NCBI GenBank assembly: GCA_963730185.1
Contig: CAVSQW010000007.1
Coordinates: 32,001-96,000 of the forward strand
DNA: 64,000 bases
Direction of reading: 5' to 3'
Origin: an uncultured Gemmatimonadales bacterium
Lineage (GTDB): Bacteria > Gemmatimonadota > Gemmatimonadetes > Gemmatimonadales > GWC2-71-9
Part shown: in pieces, positions 1 to 10,311 of the stretch
Numbering within the stretch: the stretch's first letter is position 1
Layout of the letters: the number at the start of each line of letters is the position of its first letter
Translations under genes and position numbers: made by a program
The notes under the pieces: model-generated
The model's database searches: none
The model's input: the letters and a program-made list of their open reading frames with translations, nothing else
What the model was told of the DNA's origin: nothing

Positions 1-478
1 CTTCAGCGATACGGTCGAGAGGTATCTCGCCCCGGCTCGGGGACAGCGGGCCCTCCGGGCGATTCTCGAGGCGCTCGCTGGCGCCGACGGCCGGCTGGTG
101 GAGTCCGACTACCCCGGCGCCTTCGGCTATCTCGCGGCCCGAAGCCGGAAACGGGCCTTCACCGTGGTCTTCACCGACGTGATCGATCGGACCGCCAGCG
201 AGGCGCTCATCGCCAACACGGCCTCGCTGCGGCCCCGCCATCTGCCCCTGGCCGTCGCCATCCGCGACGCCGCGCTGGAGCGTCTGGCCCTCACCCGTCC
301 GCCCGATCAGGACACCGCCTTCCGCCGGGCCGCCGCCGACGCGTTGCTCGACACCCGGGCCGAGGCGCTGAGCGAGCTCCGCCATCGCGGGGTGCTGGTC
401 CTCGACGTTCCCCCCGAGGGCGCCGCCCGGTCGGTGGTGGAGCTCTACGAGCGACTCAAACGGGCCGGCCGGACGTGA
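1..478 (+). CDS. DUF58 domain protein (vWA-like, MoxR-associated), 5'-truncated by window edge
   Basis: Frame is open from base 2 (FSDTVERYLAPARG...ESDY...RKRAFTVVFTD...RHLPLAV...GVLVLDV...YERLK), resembling the C-terminal half of DUF58 proteins. Confidence 0.8.
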   Translation, partial: FSDTVERYLAPARGQRALRAILEALAGADGRLVESDYPGAFGYLAARSRKRAFTVVFTDVIDRTASEALIANTASLRPRHLPLAVAIRDAALERLALTRPPDQDTAFRRAAADALLDTRAEALSELRHRGVLVLDVPPEGAARSVVELYERLKRAGRT

Positions 479-556
479 GCCCTCTGGCGACCGCCCGGTC
501 GGCCCTCCATCTTCGAAGTCTCGATCCCACCTCTCCCAGCGTTGGAGCCGTCTTCC

Positions 557-2620
557 ATGGGTGTCCTGATTCGTGTGGTCCCGTTCGCGCTCGCGATTTC
601 CTTTGGTGCCCTTCCCCTGGCGGCCCAGAGCGGTACGCCGGCGCCCGACCGCCTCGGCCTCCGGGACGTGTTCGAGCTCGAAGCCGCCGCTCAGCCGGCC
701 ATCTCGCCCGACGGGTCGCGGATCGTCTTCGCCCGGTTCGGCTTCGACATCATGAAGGACGACGCCCGGACCACACTCTGGACCATCGGTGCCGACGGAT
801 CGAACCTCCGGCCGCTGCTCGATCCGGGCCGGACCGCGGGCGGTCCCGTGTTCTCCCCCGACGGGAGCCGGCTCCTCTTCGTCTCCGCGGTCGACGGGAA
901 GGGGCAGATCTTCGTCCGATGGATGGATACGGGACAGGAAGCGGTGCTGACCCATCTGACCGAGGGGCCGGGTGGCCTCGCCTGGTCGCCCGACGGGAAG
1001 TGGATCGCCTTCACGATGTTCGTGCCGGAGAGTCCCAAGCCGTTCATTCAGATGCCGGCCATGCCGGAGGGCGCCGACTGGGGCCCGCCGATCAAGTTCA
1101 TCGACCAGCTGAACTACCGGAGCAACGGCGCCGGGTATCTCCGGAGCGGCTACCGCCACCTCTTCGTGTTGCCGGCCGAAGGAGGCACGCCGCGACAGCT
1201 GACCGACGGCTCCTTCAACGACGGCGCCCCGCAGTGGACGCCCGACGGCGCCTCGCTCCTCTTCTCGGCCAACCGGCATCCCGACGGCGAGTACGACCCG
1301 AACGACAGCGAGATCTACCAGGTCTCGGTCGGGACCGGTGCGCTCGAGGCGCTCACCAGCCGGCACGGCCCCGACGGGGAGCCGACCATCTCGCCCGACG
1401 GGTCGCTGATCGCCTACACCGGCTTCGACGACCAGTACCAGGGCTATCAGGTCACCCGGCTCTACCTCATGAACCGGGACGGGACCGGCTCCCGGCTGGT
1501 GTCGGGCAAGTTCGACCGCGACGTGGGCGACTTGAACTGGAGCCGGGACGGGAAAGGGCTCTACTTCCAGTACGACGACCAGGGCGACACCAAGATCGCG
1601 TATATCTCCCTGAATGGTGACGTCACCGATCTCGCGAGCGGGGTCGGCGGCCTCGACCTTGGCCGTCCCTATTCGGGCGGCCAGTACGCCGTGGCCCCGA
1701 CCGGCCGGTTCGTCTTCACCCAGACCGCGCCGGACCATCCTGCCGATCTGGCGGTCGGCGCCCGGGGCGAGCCGGTCAAGCGGATCACCCGGCTCAACGA
1801 CGATCTCTTCGCCGGGAAGACGCTCGGCGCGGTCGAGGAGGTCTGGTGGAAGTCGTCGTTCGACCAACGCCGGATCCAGGGCTGGATCGTCAAGCCGCCC
1901 GATTTCGACCCCGCCAAGAAGTACCCCATGGTGCTCGAGATCCACGGCGGTCCCTACGCCGACTACGGCAACCGGTTCACGGCCGAGATCCAACTCTACG
2001 CCGCCGCCGGCTACGTCGTGCTCTACTCTAACCCGCGGGGCTCGACCAGCTACGGCGAGGAGTTCGGCAACCTGATTCACCTCGACTACCCCGACCACGA
2101 CTTCGACGACCTGATGTCGGGCGTCGACGCGGTGATTGGGAAGGGCTACGTCGATCCCAACCAGCTCTTCGTCACCGGCGGGAGCGGCGGCGGGGTGCTC
2201 ACCGCCTGGATCGTCGGCCACACCAACCGGTTCAAGGCGGCGGTGGTCGCCAAGCCGGTGATCAACTGGTACAGCTTCGTGCTCACCGCCGACGGCCCGG
2301 GCTTCTTCTACAAGTACTGGATGCCGGGCTACCCGTGGGAGCATCTCAAGGAGTACATGGACCGCTCACCGATCAGCTACGTCGGCAACGTCACCACGCC
2401 CACCATGCTGATGACCGGTGAGGTGGATTACCGGACCCCGAGCGAGGAGGCGGAGCAGTTCTACGAGGCGCTCAAGATCCGGAAGGTGCCGGCGGCGATG
2501 GTCCGGATTCCGGACGCGTCGCACGAGATCGCGGAGAAGCCCAGCAATCTGGTCGCCAAGGTGGCCTATATCCTGGGCTGGTTCGAGAAGTACCGGGGCG
2601 GTGCTTCGCAAGGGCACTGA
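557..2620 (+). CDS. S9 family peptidase (prolyl oligopeptidase/acylaminoacyl peptidase-like), exported, copy 1
   Basis: GGAG before ATG557; signal peptide; SPDG propeller repeats; HGGP, GGSGGG nucleophile elbow, GEVDYRT (Asp), DASHE (His). Confidence 0.93.
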   Translation: MGVLIRVVPFALAISFGALPLAAQSGTPAPDRLGLRDVFELEAAAQPAISPDGSRIVFARFGFDIMKDDARTTLWTIGADGSNLRPLLDPGRTAGGPVFSPDGSRLLFVSAVDGKGQIFVRWMDTGQEAVLTHLTEGPGGLAWSPDGKWIAFTMFVPESPKPFIQMPAMPEGADWGPPIKFIDQLNYRSNGAGYLRSGYRHLFVLPAEGGTPRQLTDGSFNDGAPQWTPDGASLLFSANRHPDGEYDPNDSEIYQVSVGTGALEALTSRHGPDGEPTISPDGSLIAYTGFDDQYQGYQVTRLYLMNRDGTGSRLVSGKFDRDVGDLNWSRDGKGLYFQYDDQGDTKIAYISLNGDVTDLASGVGGLDLGRPYSGGQYAVAPTGRFVFTQTAPDHPADLAVGARGEPVKRITRLNDDLFAGKTLGAVEEVWWKSSFDQRRIQGWIVKPPDFDPAKKYPMVLEIHGGPYADYGNRFTAEIQLYAAAGYVVLYSNPRGSTSYGEEFGNLIHLDYPDHDFDDLMSGVDAVIGKGYVDPNQLFVTGGSGGGVLTAWIVGHTNRFKAAVVAKPVINWYSFVLTADGPGFFYKYWMPGYPWEHLKEYMDRSPISYVGNVTTPTMLMTGEVDYRTPSEEAEQFYEALKIRKVPAAMVRIPDASHEIAEKPSNLVAKVAYILGWFEKYRGGASQGH

Positions 2621-4680
2621 TGGTTCGGGCGCTCCCAATGGTGCTGGCCGCCTCGCTGCTGGCTCCTCCGCTGGCCGGGCAGCACGCCGCCGCGGCGGAC
2701 GACCGTCTGACCCTCCGCGACGTCTTCGAGCTCGAGGTCGCCGCCCAGCCGGCGATCGCCCCCGACGGCACCCGCATCGTCTTCACCCGCCGCGGCTTCG
2801 ACATCATGACGGACCGGGTCCGGACGACGCTCTGGACCATCGGGGCCGACGGGTCGAACCTGCGCCCGCTGCGCGGTCCCGGGCGAGACGGGGGCACGGC
2901 GGTCTTCTCCCCGACCGGGGACCGGCTGCTCTTCGTTGCCACGGTCGACGGGAAGGCCCAGCTCTGGGTGCGCTGGATGGACTCGGGTCAGGAGGCGGTG
3001 CTCACCCACTTGGCCGAACCCCCGGCCGGGCCCGCTTGGTCGCCGGACGGCCAGTGGATCGCCTTCACGATGTTCGTGCCCGCCGGCCCCGAGCCGTTCG
3101 TCCAGCTGCCGGCGATGCCGGAGGGCGCCGACTGGGGCCCGCCGATCAAGTTCATCGACCGGATCGACTACCGGGAGGATGGCGCCGGCTACCTCCGGAG
3201 CGGGTACCGCCACGTCTTCGTCGTGTCCGCCGACGGCGGCACGCCCCGCCAGCTCACCGACGGACCCTTCGACGATGGGGTACCGCAATGGGCCCCCGAC
3301 GGATCGGTCCTCCTCTTCTCCGCCAACCGTCACCCGGAGCCCGACTACGATCCCAGGAACACCGAGATCTACGAGGTCTCGGTGGCGACAGCCGTCGTGA
3401 AGCCGCTCACCAGCCGGCACGGACCCGACGGCGAGCCCGCCGTCTCCCCCGACGGACGGCTCATCGCCTATACCGGATTCGACGACCGGCGCCAGGGCTA
3501 TCAGGTGACCCGCCTCTACCTGATGAACCGCGACGGCAGCCGGTCCCGATTGGTGTCGCGTTCGTTCGATCGGGACGTCGGCGGGCTCCAGTGGAGCCGG
3601 GACGGGACGGGGCTCTTCTTCCAGTACGATGACCGCGGGGATGCCAAGGTCGGCTTCATCACCCTGGCCGGTGACGTGACCGAGCTCGCGAGCGGGCTGG
3701 GAGGCCTCGAGCTGAGCGTGCCCTATTCGAGCGGCGTCTACGCCGTTGCGCCGACGGGCCGGTTCGTGTTTACGCAGACCACGCCCGACCATCCCGCCGA
3801 CCTGGCAGTCGGGGCGCGGGACGAGCCGGTCAGGCGGATCACCCGGCTCAACGATGATCTCTTTGCGGGCAAGAAGCTGGGCTCGGTCGAGGAGCTCTGG
3901 TGGCGCTCGTCATTCGACCAGCGCCGGATCCAGGGCTGGATCGTCAAGCCACCCGACTTCGATCCCGCGAAGAAATACCCGATGATTCTCGAGATTCACG
4001 GCGGTCCCTTCCTCAACTACGGTGTCCGATTCAGCTCGGAAGTCCAGCTCTATGCCGCGGCGGGGTACGTGGTCCTGTACGCCAACCCGCGGGGGTCGAC
4101 CGGGTACGGTGAGGAATTCGGCAACCTTCTCCACCACGACTACCCCGACCAGGACTACGACGACCTCATGGCCGGAGTCGATGCGGTCGTGGGCAAGGGG
4201 TATGTCGACCCGAATCAGCTCTTCGTGACCGGGGGCAGCTACGGCGGGCTGCTCACCGCCTGGACCGTGGGCCACACCAACCGGTTCAAGGCGGCCGTCG
4301 TCGCCAAGCCGGTCATCAACTGGTACAGCTTCGTGCTCACCGCCGACGGGCCCGGCTTCTACTACCGCTACCGGGACTGGACCGGGGGCGAGCCCTGGGA
4401 CAACCTGTCGCACTACATGGAGCGCTCGCCGATCAGCTACGTGGGCAACGTGACCACACCCACTATGCTGATGACCGGCGAGGTGGACTACCTCACGCCC
4501 AGCGAGGAAGCGGAGCAGTTCTTCGAGGCCCTCAAGATCCGGAGGGTCCCCACGGCGATGGTGCGGATCCCCGACGCCTCGCACGCGATTACCAGGAAGC
4601 CCAGCAACCTCGTCGCCAAGGTGGCGTACACGCTGGGCTGGTTCGAGAAGTACCGTGGTGGCGACCCGCACGCTCGGTGA
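2620..4680 (+). CDS. S9 family peptidase, exported, copy 2 (tandem paralog)
   Basis: TGATG overlap with copy 1; same architecture; GGSYGG, GEVDYLT, DASHA. Confidence 0.93.
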   Translation: MVRALPMVLAASLLAPPLAGQHAAAADDRLTLRDVFELEVAAQPAIAPDGTRIVFTRRGFDIMTDRVRTTLWTIGADGSNLRPLRGPGRDGGTAVFSPTGDRLLFVATVDGKAQLWVRWMDSGQEAVLTHLAEPPAGPAWSPDGQWIAFTMFVPAGPEPFVQLPAMPEGADWGPPIKFIDRIDYREDGAGYLRSGYRHVFVVSADGGTPRQLTDGPFDDGVPQWAPDGSVLLFSANRHPEPDYDPRNTEIYEVSVATAVVKPLTSRHGPDGEPAVSPDGRLIAYTGFDDRRQGYQVTRLYLMNRDGSRSRLVSRSFDRDVGGLQWSRDGTGLFFQYDDRGDAKVGFITLAGDVTELASGLGGLELSVPYSSGVYAVAPTGRFVFTQTTPDHPADLAVGARDEPVRRITRLNDDLFAGKKLGSVEELWWRSSFDQRRIQGWIVKPPDFDPAKKYPMILEIHGGPFLNYGVRFSSEVQLYAAAGYVVLYANPRGSTGYGEEFGNLLHHDYPDQDYDDLMAGVDAVVGKGYVDPNQLFVTGGSYGGLLTAWTVGHTNRFKAAVVAKPVINWYSFVLTADGPGFYYRYRDWTGGEPWDNLSHYMERSPISYVGNVTTPTMLMTGEVDYLTPSEEAEQFFEALKIRRVPTAMVRIPDASHAITRKPSNLVAKVAYTLGWFEKYRGGDPHAR

Positions 4681-4686
4681 TGGGTC

Positions 4687-5265
4687 GTGAAGTCGGCGAC
4701 GCAGGCGACCGCTCCCCTGACCGGCACCGAGCGCCGGCTCGGCGGCGCACTCGTGGTCGGCGCCATCGCAGTGCAGGTCGTTTGGCTCGGCCTCCCGGCG
4801 ATCGCGCTCAGCGTGGGTCTGGTGGTGAGCTACGCGCTCTGGGTTGGGACCGCGTGGCGAGCCGGGCGCGGACTCCGCTTGGCGCTCGGCGTCGGGATCC
4901 TGGTCTTCGTTGCCCACTTCGTCGAGGAGTTTCTGGCCGGGTTCCGCACGGAGCTGCCCGCGCTGGTGGGTCGGCCGCCCTGGTCGGCCCCTCAGTTCGT
5001 GGGGTTCAACGGTGCCTGGGCCGTCGTCTTCGTGCTGGCGTTCCTGACGCTCCGGCCGGACAGGGCGCTTCCCATCTTGCCGGTTCTCTTCCTCGCCGTC
5101 GTCGGCGGGCTGGGCAACGGCATCGCCCACCTCCTGCTCGGCCTCCAGCGCGGCGGCTACTTCCCAGGGCTGATCACGGCGCCGCTTTGCCTTGGCGTCG
5201 GCCTCTGGCTGCTTCGCCTCCTGTACGGTGGCGGAGCCGGCTCTGGAGGGGGATCGGGTCCGTGA
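4687..5265 (+). CDS. HXXEE domain membrane protein
   Basis: Multiple hydrophobic helices; AHFVEEF (HxxEE), N..AH and YFPGLITA motifs. Confidence 0.8.
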   Translation: MKSATQATAPLTGTERRLGGALVVGAIAVQVVWLGLPAIALSVGLVVSYALWVGTAWRAGRGLRLALGVGILVFVAHFVEEFLAGFRTELPALVGRPPWSAPQFVGFNGAWAVVFVLAFLTLRPDRALPILPVLFLAVVGGLGNGIAHLLLGLQRGGYFPGLITAPLCLGVGLWLLRLLYGGGAGSGGGSGP

Positions 5266-5900
5266 AGTCCAATCGGCGGGCCGGATCGCGAGCGACCTCG
5301 CCGGAGCCATTCTGGGAGGCGGCGTATGCCGATCCGGGGGCCAGCGCCTTTGGACCGCCCTCGGACGAAATTCTGGCGTTGGTCGACCGGTTGCCCGCGG
5401 GGGCTCGCGTCCTTGATCTGGGGTGTGGGGACGGACGGAACGCGCTCCCCCTGGCCCGTGCCGGGTTCACCGTCGAGGCAGTCGACACCTCGCCCTCGGG
5501 GATCGAGCGTCTTCGTCGGCAGGCCGCCGACGAGCACCTTCCGATCGAGGCCACGGTCGGCAATCTCGAGAGCTCGGTAGCCTCGGGCGCGTACGATCTC
5601 GTCATCGCGCATGGTGTGCTCCACCTCTTGCCGGCCGCCGTCTGCCTCGGCGTTGTCGCGGCGATGCAGGAGGTGACCCGCCCGCGCGGCTGGAACGTCG
5701 TGGTGGTCTTCACTGACCGCCTGCCCCAGCCGCCGGACCTCGCGCCGTTCATCCACCGGCCGTTTCGGGACGGTGAGCTCGCCGAGCTCTACCGGGGCTG
5801 GGAGATCGAGCTGCTCCGAGCCTACGTCCTGGAGGACCAGCACCCCGGAGGCATCCGTCATCGCCACGCGATCGAGAAGGTGGTGGCGCGCCACGGGTAA
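5262..5900 (+). CDS. Class I SAM-dependent methyltransferase (TehB-like)
   Basis: GTGA overlap with upstream stop; VLDLGCGDGRNALPLARAG motif I; YDLVIAHGVLH. Confidence 0.85.
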   Translation: MKSNRRAGSRATSPEPFWEAAYADPGASAFGPPSDEILALVDRLPAGARVLDLGCGDGRNALPLARAGFTVEAVDTSPSGIERLRRQAADEHLPIEATVGNLESSVASGAYDLVIAHGVLHLLPAAVCLGVVAAMQEVTRPRGWNVVVVFTDRLPQPPDLAPFIHRPFRDGELAELYRGWEIELLRAYVLEDQHPGGIRHRHAIEKVVARHG

Positions 5901-5930
5901 GTCGGAGCGGCCGCCCCCGCGACCCCGTCC

Positions 5931-5965
5931 TTGCCCCCCGGAGTGAATCTTCCATACTTGAGTAT
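5931..5965 (+). promoter_or_regulatory. Putative sigma70 promoter with overlapping palindrome, upstream of iorA-like gene
   Basis: TTGCCC(5931)-N16-CATACT(5953); ATACT-TG-AGTAT palindrome 5954-5965; AT-rich patch in GC-rich DNA. Confidence 0.5.
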
Positions 5966-5990
5966 CCCCCCGCTCGGTCGGAGGCCCGCC

Positions 5991-6453
5991 ATGGCTCGCG
6001 TCACTCTCACCGTCAATGGCCGAAATCACGTCGTCGATGTCACGCCCGAGATGCCGCTGCTCTGGGTGATCCGTGACCTGATCGGTCTCACCGGAACCAA
6101 GTACGGCTGCGGCATCGCCCAGTGCGGCGCCTGTACCGTGCATCTCGACGGCAAGCCGATCCGCTCCTGCATCACCCCGGCGGCCAGCGTCGAGGGCCGC
6201 CAGGTGACCACCATCGAGGGCCTTTCGCCGGACGGCACCCATCCGATGCAGCGGCCTGGATCGCCGAGGAGGTGCCGCAGTGCGGGTACTGCCAGTCGGG
6301 GAGGTGATGAGCGCCGCGGCGCTGCTCGGCAGCCACCCGAAGCCGACCGACGACGACATCGATCCGCCATGGCCGGGAACCATCTGCCGGTGCGGCACCT
6401 ACGACCGCATCCGTCGAGCCATCCACCGCGCCGCGGAGGAGGGCGACCCATGA
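5991..6453 (+). CDS. (2Fe-2S)-binding small subunit, isoquinoline 1-oxidoreductase alpha (IorA)-like; frameshifted
   Basis: [27 protein letters not shown]; then QCGYCQSG and CRCGTY in other frames; about 4 indels at 6250-6385. Confidence 0.85.
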
Positions 6454-8555
6454 CTGATGTCCGCAAGATCGCCCGGCGCGAGTTCCTGGTTCTCGGCACC
6501 GCTGCGGCCGGGGGCCTGATCCTCGCCACCAGGTTGCCCGCGAAGAGCCGGCGCGGCGGCGACCTCGCCGACGGCGCCTTCCAGCCTAACGCCTTCCTGC
6601 AGGTGGCCCCCGACGGCGCCGTCACCATCTGGATGGCTCGGGCCGACATGGGGCAGGGGGTCCGGACCGCGCTGCCGATGATGGTCGCCGACGAGCTCGA
6701 CGCCGACTGGGGCCGAGTCGCCATCGTCCAGGCCGATGCCGATCCGTCGAAGTACGGGCGTCAGATGACCGTCGGGAGCAGCAGCGTGCGGGGCGGACCC
6801 TGCACCGCCCTCCGTCGGGCTGGAGCCACCGCCCGGGAGATGCTGGTGGCCGCGGCCGCCGCGCGCTGGAGCGTGCCCGCCGGGGACTGCGCCACCGAGG
6901 CGGGTGTCGTCACCCACCAGGCCTCCGGCCGTAAGGCCGGCTACGGCGAGCTGGCCGACGCCGCCGCGAAGCTGGCCGTGCCCAAGGCCCCCCGGCTCAA
7001 GGACCCGTCCGCGTTTCGCCTCATCGGGACCCGCGTCCCCCAAGTGGACATGCAAGGCCAAGGTCACCGGCCAGGCCGGCTTCGGGCATCGACGTCACCC
7101 GGCCCGGCATGGTCTACGCGACCGTCGTCCACCGCCGGTCTTCGGCGGCACCCTGGTCCGGCTTCGACGCGGCCCGGGCCAAGGCGGTGCCGGGCGTGAA
7201 GGACGCCTTCGAGATCGCGACCGGCGTCGCGGTGGTCGCCGAGCACACCTGGGCGGCGTTCCAGGGCGCCAAGGCGCTCGACCTGCCTGGGACGACGGCG
7301 GCTTCGACTCGGGCAGCGCCGACCTGGCGGCCGAGTTCGCCCGGCGAATGGAGCGGCCCGGCGCGGTGGCGCGGGACGACGGAGACGCGGACGCCGCGCT
7401 CGCCGGCGCGGTCGAAGCGCGTCGTGGCGACTACGACGCCCCGTACCTCGCGCACGCCACGATGGAGCCGATGAACTGCACCGCCGACGTCCGCGCGGAC
7501 CGCGTGCGAGGTCTGGGCCCCGACCCAGAACCCGCAGGGCACCCAGGGGATGGCGGCCGGCTCACCGGTCTTCCGACCGAGAAGGTCACCGTGCACGTCA
7601 CGCACCTCGGCTGCGGCTGGGGCCGGCGCAGCCGCACCGAGTTCGTCGAGGACGCGGTGCAGACTTCCAAGAAGGTGGGCGCCCCGGTCAGGTGACCTGG
7701 ACCCGCGAGGAGGACATGCGCCACGACCAGTACCGGCCCGCGGCCAGCTGTCGCTTCGAGGGCGCGCTGGACGCGGCGGGCAAGGTCGCCGCCCTGCGTG
7801 CCCGCGCGGTGGCCACGCCGATCGGCGGACCGCGCCGCGGCGGGTGGACCGGAACGCGGTCGACGGGATCGCCAACCCGCTGTACCGGTTCCCGAACTTC
7901 CTGGTCGAGTACACCACCCCGGATCATGCCCGTGCCGACCGGCTACTGGCGCTCGGTCGGCCCCTCGCAGAACACGCTTCTTCATGGAGAGCTTCGTCGA
8001 CGAGCTGGCCCACGCCGCCGGGCGTGACCCGGTCGAGCTCCGCCGGGAGCTGCTCGGCGACCAGCCCCGTCCCCGGCGGGTGCTCGACCTGGTCGCCGAG
8101 AAGGCGGGCTGGGGAACGCCGCCCCCGGCGGCCGAGCCCGCGGCATTGCCATGGTCGAGGACAAGGGGAGCGTCGTGGCCCAGGTGGCCGAGGTGTCGCG
8201 CGAGCGCGGGAAGGTCCGGGTTCACCGGGTGGTCTGCGCCGCCGACTGCGGCCAGGTCATCCATCCGGGTATCGTCGAGGCTCAACTCTCGGGCGCCGCT
8301 CTGGCCGGGCTCGCCGCCGCCCTGGGCGAGGAGATCACCATCGCCGCCGGCCGGGTGCAACAGAGCAACTTCGGCGACTACCGACTGCTCCGGATCAATC
8401 AGGCTCCCCGGGTCGAGGTCCACCTGGTGGAGAGCCACGAGGAGCCCGGCGCGGTCGGTGAGCCGGGGCTCCCCGCGATCGCGCCGGCGGTGGCCAACGC
8501 GGTCTTTGCCCTGGACGGCACCCGGCTCCGGCGGATGCCGTTGATGCCCGGATAG
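6450..8555 (+). CDS. Xanthine dehydrogenase family molybdopterin-binding subunit (IorB-like), Tat-exported; multiply frameshifted
   Basis: ARREFL Tat motif; [57 protein letters not shown] pieces spread over all three frames. Confidence 0.85.
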
Positions 8556-8589
8556 ACCGGCCGGCGGGGCCCGGCGAACCGGCCCGGTC

Positions 8590-8636
8590 TTGACACTACG
8601 ACGGGCGTCGTACATAGTCTACGACGTCCATCGTAG
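8590..8636 (+). promoter_or_regulatory. Sigma70 promoter with two BlaI-type operators
   Basis: TTGACA(8590)-N17-CATAGT(8613); palindromes TACGAC-N4-GTCGTA (8597-8612) and CTACGA-N6-TCGTAG (8619-8636). Confidence 0.8.
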
Positions 8637-8649
8637 CGAGGCGCCGCCT

Positions 8650-9036
8650 GTGTCCCAGTCCCTGCCCGAACCCACCGACGCCGAGCTCCAGGTGCTCCGC
8701 GTGCTCTGGCGGCGCGGGCCGTCGACCGTGCGCGAGGTCTTCGAGGCCCTCTACGAAGGCACCTCGGTCGGCTACACCACCGCGCTCAAGCTCCTCCAGA
8801 ATCTCTACGCCAAGGGCCTGGTCCGGCGCGACGAGGCCCGCCGCCGGCACATCTATGAGGCGGCGGCGCCCGAGGCGGAGACCATGACCGGAGTGGTGAA
8901 GGACCTGATCGACCGGGCGTTCGACGGCCGCGCGGCGGCCCTCGCGCTGCACGCGCTCGGCGCCGGCCGGGCTTCCCGCGAGGAGCTGGCCGAGCTCAAA
9001 GCGATGATCCGGAAGCTGGAGGACCGGGCCCGATGA
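8650..9036 (+). CDS. BlaI/MecI/CopY family transcriptional repressor
   Basis: [23 protein letters not shown]...[19 protein letters not shown] w[13 protein letters not shown] tail; GTG8650 after GAGG. Confidence 0.92.
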   Translation: MSQSLPEPTDAELQVLRVLWRRGPSTVREVFEALYEGTSVGYTTALKLLQNLYAKGLVRRDEARRRHIYEAAAPEAETMTGVVKDLIDRAFDGRAAALALHALGAGRASREELAELKAMIRKLEDRAR

Positions 9037-10265
9037 CCGGCCTCGCGATCGGGTATCCGGCGACGCTCGCCGCCTGGGCGGTGCTTCACTCGCTCTGGAT
9101 CGGCGCCGCGCTCGCGGGGGCCGCGCGGTGGGTCGACCGTCGACTGGCGGGCGCCGATCCCGGGCGCCGCTACACCGTGCTGGTCGGGCTGGGCGGGGCG
9201 TTCGTGCTGCTGGCGCTCGCCCCGGCCTGGGCGGTCCACCGGTCCATGTTCGCCGCCGACGTGGTGGTCGAGGCTGCCACCCGTCCGGCCGCCGGCTCGG
9301 TGGGGCTGGTCCGCCTGGTTCGCTTTCTGCCGGCCCTGGCGGCGATCTGGGCCGCCGGCGCCCTGCTGGCGCTGGCCCGGTTGGCGATCGGCCTGGTGGG
9401 TCTGGCCCGTCTGGTGCGCCGGGCCCGTCCCAGTCGGAGGGGCCGGCTGCTCGCGATCCGGCTAAGCGAGCCGGTCCGGCTCGACGTCCGGGAGATCGAC
9501 GCCGGCTCGTCTCCGTTCGTGGCCGGCCTGGTCCGGCCGGTGCTGGTGATCCCGCGGCGGCTGCTTCACGGCCTCTCGCTCGATCAGCTGGCCACCCTCT
9601 TCCGGCACGAGATCGCCCACGTCCGACGCTGCGACTACGCCCAGAATCTCGTCCAGCGGTTGGGGGAGTGCCTGTTCTGGTTCAATCCCGGAGCGCGGGC
9701 CCTCTCCCGCCGGATTCGGGAGACGCGGGAGGCCTGCTGCGACCGGGCCGCGCTCCGCGCGCCCGGCGACGGTCTGACCCTGGCCCGGGCGCTGATCCAG
9801 CTGGAGGAGAGCCGGGTCGCGCTCCCCGCCGGGGTGGCGGCGGCGCGGGGCGGGGACCTGACCCGGCGGATCCGGATCCTCATCGAGCCGCCGCGGCCTC
9901 CCTCGCCGGGCGAGATGATGACGACCCTCGGCTGGCTGGCGCTCCTCCTCCCCTTGGTCGGATGGGGCGTGCTCGGCTCGGGAGAGCCGTCCGGGTCGCT
10001 CACCCGGCTGAGCATGCCGCTCACCCGGGTGACCGCCATCGACCCCGGGGGCCGCTTCGTGGTCGAGATGCTCGGCGGCCGGGTGCTCGCCGTCGGCCTG
10101 GACGGGGCGGCTCCCCGGCGTGACCTGGTGTTGCAGGAGGGCCATCGGGCCTCCATTCTGGCCCCGACCGGGGGCGAAGAGCTCGAGTTGGCCGTTCGGG
10201 TCGGCGGGTTCCGCTGGGAGCCCCGGCCCCCGCCTCGTCAGACACTCATGCCCCAGCCTCGTTAG
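9033..10265 (+). CDS. M56 family metallopeptidase (BlaR1-like signal transducer)
   Basis: ATGA overlap; LHSLW TM start; SPFVAG..RPVLVIP; HEIAHVRRCD; WFNP; REACCD; LTRRIR. Confidence 0.9.
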   Translation: MTGLAIGYPATLAAWAVLHSLWIGAALAGAARWVDRRLAGADPGRRYTVLVGLGGAFVLLALAPAWAVHRSMFAADVVVEAATRPAAGSVGLVRLVRFLPALAAIWAAGALLALARLAIGLVGLARLVRRARPSRRGRLLAIRLSEPVRLDVREIDAGSSPFVAGLVRPVLVIPRRLLHGLSLDQLATLFRHEIAHVRRCDYAQNLVQRLGECLFWFNPGARALSRRIRETREACCDRAALRAPGDGLTLARALIQLEESRVALPAGVAAARGGDLTRRIRILIEPPRPPSPGEMMTTLGWLALLLPLVGWGVLGSGEPSGSLTRLSMPLTRVTAIDPGGRFVVEMLGGRVLAVGLDGAAPRRDLVLQEGHRASILAPTGGEELELAVRVGGFRWEPRPPPRQTLMPQPR

Positions 10266-10311
10266 GCGCCCCGACGCCCCGTCCCTTGTCCGAAGACCGC
10301 GGAGGTATCTC

